Assembly: GCA_002633005.1 (NCBI GenBank)
Contig: NMRA01000597.1
Coordinates: 225,182 to 257,309 of the forward strand
Origin: Phoronis australis
Taxonomy: Eukaryota > Animalia > Phoronida
DNA: 32,128 nt
Direction: 5' to 3'
The notes under the pieces were generated by a model. The model had not been told where the DNA came from. It did no database searches and worked only from the letters and a program-made list of their open reading frames with translations. Below, piece by piece: positions 1 through 9,638 of the stretch; position 1 is the first letter of the stretch; each line of letters starts with the position of its first letter. The translations under genes were made by a program, and so were the position numbers.

Positions 1-24
1 ACCCAACTGTTGTCTCGATTTCAG

Positions 25-137
25 AGTTAATTTACACTTCACATTCAGAGACGGGACCAAGCAGACTGTTGAAGCTACTGTTGGAGACAGTCTTCTCGAC
101 ACAGTGGTCGATAAAAACGTAGACATAGATGGATTTG
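25..137 (+). CDS. FDX1: Ferredoxin-1 (adrenodoxin), internal coding exon; upstream exon(s) lie outside the window
   Basis: tttcAG acceptor ends at 24 and GTAAGA donor starts at 138. Translates VNLHFTFRDGTKQTVEATVGDSLLDTVVDKNVDIDGF(G), matching adrenodoxin ITVHFINRDG...[20 protein letters not shown]. Phase-1 end joins the next exon in frame. Not in the ORF track. Confidence 0.96.
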
Positions 138-337
138 GTAAGAGGGAACGCCATGTTACTCAAGGCATGGGCAGTCTCATGTTCCTCACAATATTGTACC
201 AAAGAGTTCATGTGAAAGAATGGCAGACTTCAACACTGTTTTGTTGTTTTTAGTTTTTCACTATTAACTACTAGAGTCTAGAACAGTTGCTTAGACTAAT
301 CAGTTGCACTCCTTTTCAGAACCTCAATCCCAAGCTA

Positions 338-674
338 CAGTAAAAATTTCTCCAGTTTGGGACAGTGATAAAGCTGATTATTTTTGCCCAAGGCCAGAAC
401 TTGTACCAAATTTTAAAACATGGACAATATTTACTGTCCCAAATTCAAGAATCACGACCAAGGATCATTCACCTCCATGTTACTCACTATGGGACTCATG
501 AAGAAGTTGCGTTAGTGGATGTTTTTGACGATTTTATGAACCGCCAGGTCTAGTTTCAGATATTTGAGAAATATGACCTCCATATCCCAATCTTCACAAC
601 CCGGAAAATTAAATTTCAGCTTGAATTTTAGTGTCCCAAATTTTAGAGACTCCCAAACTGGATAGTTTTTACTG
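338..674. mobile_element. Tigger/pogo-like (Tc1-mariner) MITE in FDX1 intron
   Basis: TIRs CAGTAAAAATTTCTCCAGTTTGGGA ... TCCCAAACTGGATAGTTTTTACTG. TA precedes the left end; the right flank is degenerate (AT). Internal TGTCCCAAATT subterminal repeats. Confidence 0.75.
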
Positions 675-1743
675 ATATTTAATGTTAACAGTGACATTAA
701 CACAGTTTAAACTATTTTATGCAAAAACAGATTGTCAAGAGTAAACTACGTATGATTTATTTATTAAATAACTTTTTAAACATTAATAGGATACTGATGA
801 CAATTTTTTTTAATTTCAAATCATGAAAAAACAAATATTTAAAAATTATTGGGTGTTAGGGATTTTTAATTGATAATTAAAAGATTGTTTGATTGTTGGA
901 GCAACATGTACGACCATCTTCTAAAACATGTTTTTGTTACGGCCATCTTGTTTTCTTAATTTTAAACATGGTATGAACTGCCTTGTGTTCATTAATTGCA
1001 TCTGTCATTAGATTACCATCTGTAAAAATTGACTTTTTTACTTTGAAGTTATTGAATTTGAAACGTTCTGATTAGTTCTATTTGGAATAGAAAAGTGAAG
1101 TTGCTCTGTTTAGGTGACACTTTAAACATATTGGAGTTCTTAACTAGAGAACCAAAACCAACAGCTGATCTGCGATGTTCTGTTGGGTCACGTGACTGGC
1201 CTATTTTTAATGGAATTCTTTGCTTGCCCTTGTCGAATTTCAGAGTTTACAAACCCCACTAAAATAACAATTTTCTGATGTGTTTCTTGACCTGTTGGGG
1301 GATTTCTATGTTGTTCTTGGTTTTTAGCCAGTTAAACAGCGAATTGCAGAGCTTTAAAATTACGGAAATGCTTTTATGAGAGAAATACTATTCAGTTCTC
1401 TGAAATTTAGAAGTCAAACTATCGTCTTTTTCGAGCAGTTGCAGTTGAGACTATTGTAAATTCAGCAGTTTTTATTGTCATGTTTCGTGTAATTTTTCAG
1501 GTGTTTCAAGTCAGCCAGTCAATATCAATACAGTTATTCTGTAGACATGTACCTGTGTTCTTCAACTCTGTTTTCTTGTCGCATCAAGCTGTGCTAGTTT
1601 TGCGGTCATATGGTTCAATTGTACAGTTATGTAATTCTAATTTCTAACCACTTGTGACCTTTTCGCTAAGCAGTGGGAAAATGTCATCACGTTCATGCAC
1701 AAATCTGTCAGACTGATGGGTGGTGATTTCCGTTTCGCTTCAG

Positions 1744-1876
1744 GTGCTTGTGAAGGTACTCTAGCGTGCTCCACATGTCATTTAATATTTACGCAAGAAC
1801 AGTACGACTCACTATCAGAGCCCCCTACCGACGAAGAGCTGGACATGTTAGATTTGGCCTTCCAACTAGAGGATAC
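1744..1876 (+). CDS. FDX1: Ferredoxin-1, exon with three of the four [2Fe-2S] ligands
   Basis: cttcAG acceptor at 1743 and GTAAGT donor at 1877. Translates (G)[43 protein letters not shown](T), with Cx5Cx2[17 protein letters not shown] is FDX1-type rather than FDX2-type (LEGACEASLAC). Confidence 0.97.
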
Positions 1877-3612
1877 GTAAGTTGCTTGCGAATGTTGGAA
1901 GTGATGAACAGAATGTGCGCACTTAAAGCAGCATTGCCCTCTGTTTTGATGTTTGAAAATACAAAATCAAAAATAGACCTCTTTCTCCAGCAGAATCGGT
2001 CTGGATTTTATTTCAATACCAAAAAGAACGTCGAAGCCATTTACAGGATTAGCCTGCCTTCTATTACCCGAAGGCTTTAATTCAATTGCGGGTTCAAACT
2101 CGGTTGGGCACTTGAAATACACTAGGTGGCACATGTGCAGCACGGGTGCTTTTCTTAGAAATGTCTACATTCGGGTGATTGTGTGGGACCCTCATCACAC
2201 GGTGATGCTCTTAGTTTATTCAGTTGTTCAAAAGAGGGACAGTCTTCATTAGCGCCACCTGGAGAATAGTGAGCCCCTTCATTCCAACTGAATGTTGAAA
2301 CTGTTGGATCGTGGTAATGGAATTTGTTCAGTTTGATAAGCTTAGTTGATATTAATGGACACCAAACAGTTGAGATCTTGAACGTCCCTTGTCTGAATGT
2401 TGCGGAGTTCTGTACAAGACCTGTAAAATGCAGTGAACTGATGGCATGGTAGTCCGCCGCCCTCTGCTCTATCTCCAAAACCCTTTGATGTATGTTCATG
2501 AAATTTTACATATGTGTTCCTTTCGTGGATGGGACGGCATGAGGGAACTTTCGGACTGAGCTGGTTACCAGTGTGCTCCTTAGAGGCAATTTTAGTTTTT
2601 ACGCTTACTTAATTCGCCCTAATAAGCACCCAGGGTGCTTAGAAAAATTCGCTTCAGGAAGGGGGTGCTTATTATAGCCCAAAGTGGTTGAAACCCAGTC
2701 TCCGAAACAGGTGAAATCATAAGCTAGAATTCATCAACTTTGCTCTCTGTGATGCATCTGTAACTGAAGACAAAGTTTCTAAAAAAATTGCAGTGCATTG
2801 CTATCAAACTTTTTTGTTAATTATGATCATTTTTCAGAAAATCCCATTGCGAAAACTTGCCGACTGATGCGTCGCTGCCTCGCGATCGCCAGTAGGTCAA
2901 CTTGAATTCTTGAGTAAAAATATAGTTGCGACTCAACAAATTACCTGAAGTCCTCCTTAAGTTTTCAAAATAACGTCCCTAAAATTTTTAAGTTCCTTTG
3001 GAGTCGGGATTAACTGCATATTAAGTTCAAATCTGCGCTAGATCGTACTCCACAACACGAGAAAATCTCTGGACGAACACACGTCATGTTTGTTTTGAAG
3101 TTCGTCTGCGTGTGTGAGCGAGCGAGCACATGCGTGTCATCAGAGTTCATTTGGCAGAGTAAACGCGATGTACCGATTTATAGGTATGCATTGTAACTAA
3201 AGAAATTAACACAAGCAGTAAAACAGAACCTGTTTTATTTAGCACTTGTTGATCTCTTCTGCTAAAAACGTTCGACAATTGTCTCGGTAAGGCCGATATT
3301 GAGTGGCGGGGTGACTGGATGCGTGACAGTCTTAACAGTTATTTTTTTGGGAGATTCGGGGGGTGCAGAAGTGTTCATTATCAGTGGGTAATTTTGATTT
3401 TAAAAACACCAATGACGATTAATTTAATAATTCCTCCTAAAAATAACGCAAACGTTTTTTACGGTATTAGAAACTTTCGGAAATAAGTGCCAGTATTTAT
3501 TTCTTGCCGATGCTATGCTACCCTTTTCATGAATAGATAGTTCCCGAAGACTAATCTTCAGTGACAGGTACTTGTATGTAGCACTCGCTTCCCGGCCACA
3601 TGCTTTTAACAA

Positions 3613-3944
3613 AGGTCAAGTTTTTATTAGTCTTCGATTCGCGGTTTTCACGTGTACAAAGAAATTTGGATTCCTTTTGAGGGTGATGATCTGTACGGAA
3701 AAGATACAATACAGTTCCATTGACAAGTACGCTGCGTCTGTTCTGAAAGGCCAAACCATAATTGGATACGTCCCTTGCAAGATCAGCAAAACTTGCGTTC
3801 GTTTTGAAGCACGGCAGAAGTTTGAAGTGTATAGTCACGACTAAATATCAACATAGCGGCAAGGCGTGTGGTCTACAAATTCCGCGCACAGTGATTTTTT
3901 CAGAACTGACGGATCTTATTGATAAATTGAAGACATTACTGTAG
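3613..3944 (+). pseudogene. Frameshifted HIRAN-like domain gene inside the DNA transposon
   Basis: Three frames concatenate to SSIRGFHVYKEIWIPFEGDDLYGK / SIDKYAASVLKGQTIIGYVPCKISKTCVRF / LKHGRSLKCIVTTKYQHSGKACGLQIPRTVIFSELTDLIDKLKTLL*. This fits the HIRAN-like pattern RGxHxY..W.P..G..L / D..A..V......G..P. Two frameshifts and an in-frame TAG at 3628. Confidence 0.75.
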
Positions 3945-3976
3945 AATTTTAGAACTGTAGGTAAGGCATTTTTTCG

Positions 3977-4216
3977 AGGAGGCAGTGTGGCCTGGTTGAT
4001 AAGTGCCTGCTTTCTTTACTCGAGGTCGTGGAATCGAGTCCCACCAGGTCACACTGCTAAACCCTTGAGCCAGGTTTTTAGCTCCTCAGCTCGGTTTTAA
4101 CCATACATTAATAAAGCATAAAAATATTTCCAGGTGATCAGTGCAATGGGCCCACATGCGAGGTCTGCGCACGTCTGGTACAACGTGTATCAGACCGCCT
4201 GCAATTATTTTTTTAT
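3977..4216 (+). mobile_element. tRNA-derived SINE with target-site duplication
   Basis: A-box-like TGGCCTGGTTG (3988-3998), B-box-like GGAATCGAGTCCC (4030-4042), CCTTGAGC motif reminiscent of CORE-type SINEs, and an ATT/T-rich tail. Flanking repeats TAAGGCATTTTTTCG (3962-3976) and TAAGGTATTTTTCG (4217-4230). Confidence 0.82.
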
Positions 4217-4312
4217 TAAGGTATTTTTCGCATGTTCATGGACTGGGCGCTTATTTTAGAAAAGTCGGAAACCGCGTGGGGGGTGTTTATAGGTGCACGG
4301 GCGAATACCGTA

Positions 4313-5460
4313 CCTCAGTGTCTTCTTGGGTCCTCAACGAATTTTCATAAAATTTGGCAGATAGGCATTTATTAGTGAGATGATGCTATCCTCCCGCTTT
4401 CGGATGGAATCAAGGTACTTTGTGCCACCTAGTGGCCATTTTTCATGTTTTCGAGGCTTGTTTTTTGGCGTCTACCCCTCTATCAACCAAACCACTGTAA
4501 GGATGATTTTGGAAATTGGGATGTATATTTTTACTGTGAAGAGGGCGTATGACAATGATTTTCCAACGACATCGAATACTGTGGCGCCTCTTAGTGGCAG
4601 TTTTGTGTTTCTTTGCACCCATGGCTGTATCTCCTAAAGTTTCTGCAGGATCTTTATTGAATTTAGCTAGCGCATTTACATAAAGTTGGCAACAAATGAC
4701 GACGTCTTTCGGATAGATCTGATTATCGCGGTGTGCCCATAAGTGACTTTTTTTCACGTACACCTCTGTGATTTCAAAGTTTCTTACTGGATTTTTATAA
4801 CATTTGGTTGATATGCATCTGTTTGTGAGATAACGCTATCCTCCCGTTTTGGGATGGAGTCGAGGTATTTTGCGCCACCTAGTGGCCATGTTTACTGTTT
4901 TCTAGTCTGTTTTTTGGTGTGTCCGCCTCTCGGTCAACCAAACCTCTCTAAGGATGATTGTGAAAATTCGCATATATGTTCCTACTGTGAAGAGGATGGC
5001 TGACGATGATTTTCTGACGACTTCATGTACTGTGGTGCCTCCTAGTGGCAGTTTCTTTTGCGCCCATGGCAGTATCTCTTAAACTCTCCGCCGAATGTTT
5101 ATTAAATTTAGCAAGTGTGTTTGTATGAAGTTGACAACAGACGACGACAACATTCATAGGAATCTGACGAACACTGTGCCCCCTAGTGGTAATTTCATTT
5201 TTTTCCATTTTCCTCTTTCTCTGACGTTCCTTGATGGATTTGTATGAAATTTGATAAATAACTTTTTATTGAAGAAAAGATGACATATTCCCATTTTCGG
5301 ATGGATTTGACATATTTTGCATCAACTGGTAGCCATTTTTATTCTTTTCTAGTCTGTTTTTGGTGTCTGTCCCTTTAACAACCAAACCCCTCTATGGATG
5401 ATTTTCAAAATTGGCGTTTATGTTTTTGCTGTGAAGAAAACGGCTGATGATGATTTTCAA
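4313..5460 (+). repeat. Tandem array with 450-bp higher-order period built from three diverged ~150-bp monomers (~2.5 copies)
   Basis: TGTGCCACCTAGTGGCCA at 4421 and TGCGCCACCTAGTGGCCA at 4871, exactly 450 apart. Units begin near 4313, 4763 and 5213, with shared blocks GCTATCCTCCCG, CAACCAAACC and GGATGATT. Confidence 0.88.
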
Positions 5461-5643
5461 CACGGTCCCATTTTTGGATGGGTTCTTCGTTCAGTGTATT
5501 CTGAACACCCATTTTTATGATACACACTGTTTGCAGTGCAGCCGTGGGCGCATTTCAACTCTCCGCATTGCTCTTGTTTCTATTACAATAAACAATTTTT
5601 AATGATGTTTTTGCTGAAAAATTATTGCTATTTCATTATTGTG

Positions 5644-5644
5644 G

Positions 5645-5679
<35 letters not shown>
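5644..5679 (+). repeat. (GTT)12 microsatellite
   Basis: Perfect GTT run read directly. Confidence 0.95.
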
Positions 5680-6624
5680 ATTCTGGCTGTTGATGAAATT
5701 ACTGAAGAAACAAGATGTGGGCAGTTTGCTGTTGGATAGATATCTTCACACTGTTGTTTGTGTTGTTGCGTACATGGTTAATAACTAAAGTTCATTTGAA
5801 CATTAATTTAATCTGAAACATGTCTTTAAGTTAAGGGCACGAAAGGCTTAATTCAGGTTCTGGTCCCAAACGCATCTTTTTTCATCATATCTAGCTGATT
5901 TTTATAAAATGAATAACTACCGTAAGATACCGAAGCACTGCATCACTTATAAAAGAAATTCAGACAAAAACCAAGTGTGCTTTTTTACCTAATAATAGAC
6001 AGGTAAGTAGTGTAAATATACCACCAAGATTTTGATTTTCATTATAAATTTGCGTAATAATTAATCGTTCCTAGACAGCTGGTGGCAATCAGTGCTTTGC
6101 AAGTGATAAACATTGACATTTGAAACGTCATTGTTTGGTTATTAATACACCAGAAATGCAGCTGTATAATTTGTCATGCTGTTTTTGCCTAGTAATCTGT
6201 CATTGGTTGTTTTAAATAGAGCTTAAACTCCTTTGACTTGGAGAGCCAAAAACAACACTCACCGCAATTCAATATTTAAAGAACTTGATATTGGAATTAA
6301 ATTGCCAGACAATTGGAAACTGACTGCTAGGGCTTACAAATGAGAGCACTGAAGAAGTAAGATTCTATGCAGCCAAACCCTACCTCAAGTTCCACCTCTT
6401 TCTTTTATTTTCAAAAAAATATTGATCATTTTAAACTTTCCGTGTTAATTTTGTCACCAAAATGTAACTTTTGCCTTATCTTGGTGAAATTAGGTCACAG
6501 AGGTCACTGTGCAATAAAAATAGTGACATTAGGTCTATGTTATCCAATCGAAATAAAGGAAAATCTCATTTATTATTACTGGCTAATGATAGCCTCAGTC
6601 ATTATTTGTGAAGTCACTTTTATA

Positions 6625-6670
6625 ACACCTAAAGATGGGCGGAGAAATGAACGGCCGAAATGTCGTACTA
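6625..6670 (+). ncRNA. Degenerate minimal type-I hammerhead-ribozyme-like motif, probably inactive (possible Penelope-like repeat remnant)
   Basis: CTAAAGA (cf. CUGANGA), then stem GGGCG/CGGCC (4 of 5 pairs), then GAAATGTC (cf. GAAACGUC). Core G5 is mutated and stem I is weak. Confidence 0.35.
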
Positions 6671-7044
6671 ATGTAAATAGGCAGAAGTTGTTGTATATTG
6701 ACCAATAGATTGTAGAAATGATGTTATGGCATCAGCACCTCAAAGAGGTTCTAGGAAGTCGTTGATCAGTGCGCCAATTTTATTTAAGAGAAATTCATTT
6801 CCCTTGTACAAACGTTTTAAAAATTTTAGTCTGATTTGTAGTTCTGGCACCAAGTTTTCTCTTTTGTTTCAAAATCATGAGTTTTGCTATTATAATTTGT
6901 TTTCATTGTCTGCAACATAAAAAATAACCAAAGTAAGTGGTGTTTTTGGTCTGTATGTGTGTTACATCTTCTTGTCAATAGATGGCGCCACTGTTGCATT
7001 ATGGCCTCACTTCTCCAGTACACGTTGTTCATTATTTGTTCTAG

Positions 7045-7138
7045 GTCCCGACTGGGTTGTCAAATTAGCGTCACAAAAGACATGGAAGGGTGGGAGATAC
7101 TTGTCCCGGAGGGAGTGGCTGATGCGAGAGAAGTTTGA
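7045..7138 (+). CDS. FDX1: Ferredoxin-1, last coding exon
   Basis: ttgttctAG acceptor at 7044. Phase-2 join gives (T)SRLGCQISVTKDMEGWEILVPEGVADAREV*, with TGA at 7136-7138. RLGCQ carries the fourth Cys ligand, and VP..VADAR matches the adrenodoxin C-terminus. Confidence 0.96.
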
Positions 7139-7399
7139 CCCAGGGATATATTTTAGCTATCTAGATCTACCATTTTACTACAGGTATATTTGTGTGGAAG
7201 GTGGCTATGTAACAACGCCATGTAGTGTATGAATTCCAATTATACGGGGTCTTTCATGAAACTGTTTGCAGTCATATTTAGTGTCACTTTGTAAGCCTAC
7301 TGAGTCTTCATCTAACTTTATCTTTTTAATGGTGTATATAATGATTCTTCACTTATTTACCACCCAATATGGTGCATTGTTTCTACATAAATGAATTTG

Positions 7400-7405
7400 A
7401 ATAAA
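7400..7405 (+). promoter_or_regulatory. Probable FDX1 polyadenylation signal
   Basis: First AATAAA I find after the stop (about 260 nt downstream), followed by TG/T-rich sequence. Confidence 0.55.
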
Positions 7406-7648
7406 TGGGCCTGCATTGTTTTAGTGATGTGTACTATACAGTTGTCATAAAACTTGGCTAAAGTTTTATTACTAATAATTAACGAAGTCCCCACTTTTGG
7501 CATAAGATAACATTTTTGCACTTTGACGAATGAAATTCACGAATCTGTGTTTTAACTTTGCCTCCATAGTTTATTTTAATTATCACTGCATTTCTAGGTC
7601 AATTTTTGTGTCATTATGGTCGACCAATCAGCAATAGTCATTCACTTA

Positions 7649-7728
7649 CAGAGGTCCTGGATTTTGGGATCCAGATTGTCGCATGTTATTCGGTGGAGAA
7701 AACTGGTTCTCAAAGTGTGGGACCCCTG
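7649..7728. mobile_element. 80-bp palindromic MITE with TA flanks
   Basis: TA|CAGAGGTCC...GGACCCCTG|TA. Arms remain imperfectly complementary for about 26 nt. Core is shared with 8285-8366. Confidence 0.6.
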
Positions 7729-8030
7729 TATATGGTCAATCTTTTACTCTGACTACTGTTATCTCAGTTAAAAGGTGCCTGTTTCATTCTCGCGATGCTT
7801 GGAAATTGTAATAACCAGGAAAGAGTTTTGAATCTGGAATCTAGAACATTATCATCTTGGAAACGCTAATTGCCCCGATCGGAGTCCGGGGGAGTCTCCC
7901 ACTGGACAGCCACCATTGGAGTAATGGAAATGTGGCCTTTCTAAGGGTCTGTTCTCTGGTCTGTTTCGTGAAAAGTGATTTAAGACTCTAGGCTTAAATT
8001 TGGTTTTACAGCTTACGCTCCCAATTCACG

Positions 8031-8147
8031 ACCAAATAAAGGTTTAGCCATTTAGTTACTAGCACGTCACTGCCTAGAAGTAAAACACATACCAAATAAA
8101 AGTTTAGCCATTTGGTTACTAGCACGTCACTGCCTAGAAGTAAAATA
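8031..8147 (+). repeat. 60-bp tandem duplication (2 copies)
   Basis: ACCAAATAAA(G/A)GTTTAGCCATTT(A/G)GTTACTAGCACGTCACTGCCTAGAAGTAAAA at 8031 and 8091. Confidence 0.95.
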
Positions 8148-8284
8148 CCCTAATTTTCTCAGTAACTGGCACTTAAGGATGTATTTGCAGATACCTTGTT
8201 CTTGTTATACTAAAGTGAGTTTTAATTATTTTTCAGAAATAGTTATGTGGAGCGTAAGGCCAAATTTCGGGGTAATGGTTGGAT

Positions 8285-8366
8285 ATAACGTGCCCAAATC
8301 TTGAGAACCAGTTTCCTCCACTGAGTAAAGAGCGTCAAACTGGTTCTCAAAATACGGGCACGTTAT
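8285..8366. mobile_element. Hairpin MITE with 30-bp inverted arms
   Basis: ATAACGTGCCCAAATCTTGAGAACCAGTTT versus the reverse complement of AAACTGGTTCTCAAAATACGGGCACGTTAT: 27/30 match, 22-nt loop. Confidence 0.75.
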
Positions 8367-9638
8367 CTCAGACTATTGCCGATTTGTGTCTCAGTCAATT
8401 TTCACGAAACACACCCCAGAACTTCCTGCCAGTTGTCTCGGCCAAATTGCTCAATTTTCTGAGGAAACATGATTCCTAGGATTTTTTTGGGGTTGAAATA
8501 ATGTTAGCGATTTTTGATGAGAGTATGAGGGATGACATATTAACATGTGATGTTGCACAGCTGCAAGAAGGCATTACAAGGCCTGTATTTTGGATTTGGT
8601 GTTTGTTAGGAAATGTGGATGTGTCTGTCAGTGTGAAACCAGCAAATTTGAATATGGAAGAATTTGTTGTATAGGTATAGAAACTATAAATTTTAATCAT
8701 TGTTATAGAGAGACATATACTGTCAATGCTTTATCGTGTATTGTTGTATTTAAAATAAAGTTGACGAGTTATTCACAAACCTAATATAACTTGTGTTGTA
8801 TAACATGCTATAATCATATGATTCTCAAACAAATATTACATTTGCTTCAAGCAATTTATTAGTTGTCCAACTGTTCCACTTCTGGGGTTGCAGCCAAGTA
8901 CATTAAATGGGGCGTGCAGTGAAATGCATTTGTGCTTCAAACCATTTTTGTGGTTTTAAAAAAGGTCATTTGCTGTCAGTTAGGGACTTGTAGGACCACA
9001 ATATGTTGCAGTGTGTTATGGAGTCCTATTGCTTCAAGAGTTTTATGTAAACAGATCCATCTTTAGATATGCCCAGTGGACGTAAATCAGAAATGCAGAT
9101 ATGCTGGAAAAAATATATAATAATAAATACCTGAGACTCTCTTTGAAGAAGGTGACCTCCGTTAGAGAGTAGACCCCTAATATGAAGGACTTGTAATTCA
9201 AAAAAGGAAGGAAGTTAATTCCGACATCATGACCCCTCCAAGTCCACGCCTGTAAAAAATGAAGAAATGCAAAATTTAAAAGAAAGGTTGGCATGTGATG
9301 CTGTCACCCTCGTCAAGCACCCCTAAAATGATTTATAATTCCTACGCAGTGTGGCAGTTGATTCCACCACCCCTTGCCCGAAGGAGCAGTGTCTGTTTCA
9401 CGAAATTTTTACTTTCCACGTTATTCCGATTCTAATTTGAAAGCAGTTAAAACTTGCTACATTTGATCAAACATTGGACGATGTGCGGAGTGTCGACTGA
9501 AACGTTTCGTATTCACGTGTAAAGGCTACAAGTCTACCCATGCGCGCACCCAGGGGGGATGGGGGGGCCTCGAACGAGCCCCTCCTCCCCCCATTTGGTG
9601 ATGTGTACAAAAAGGTACGCCTCAGAGAAACAAAAAGT

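Larger units (their letters stand above)
2608..4310. mobile_element. pogo/Tc1-mariner-like DNA transposon, decayed and internally deleted
   Basis: Flanked by TA (2606-2607, 4311-4312). Left end CTTAATTCGCCCTAATAAGCACCC and right end GGGCGAATACCG share the inverted ATTCGCCC core. GGGTGCTTA(TT)-type subterminal repeats occur at both ends. Removing the element rejoins the host repeat (ttttacgctTAcctcagtg versus ttttcacgtacacctctgtg in the next unit). Confidence 0.75.
2412..5515 (+). mobile_element. Helentron/HINE (DINE-1-like) non-autonomous element with internal tandem array, interrupted at 2608-4310
   Basis: Short CCG run near 2455, ~150-bp monomers on both sides of the insertion, and a 3' stem-loop GTTCAG-tgtatt-CTGAAC (5489-5506) followed by a T run. 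5' boundary is approximate. Confidence 0.55.

Noticed and set aside
1186-1204. GGTCACGTGACTGGCCTAT (CLEAR/E-box palindrome or transposon end)
   Set aside because: Single short motif; I found no matching opposite terminus or other support.
1695-1743. N-terminal part ([16 protein letters not shown]) of ORF 1695..1880
   Set aside because: Intronic read-through; ferredoxin similarity starts exactly at the AG acceptor (1743) and joins the 25-137 exon in frame.
3978-4050. Possible tRNA gene
   Set aside because: A/B boxes are degenerate, I cannot fold a clean cloverleaf, and it continues into a body, tail and TSD typical of a SINE.
4313-5460. CRISPR-like reading of the regularly spaced motif, and ORFs 4380..4637, 4443..4763 and 5023..5208
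   Set aside because: The spacers are themselves homologous, there are no cas genes and the context is eukaryotic. The ORFs resemble each other only because they cross repeat copies.
5536-5739. ORF with poly-valine
   Set aside because: Artefact of the (GTT)n microsatellite.
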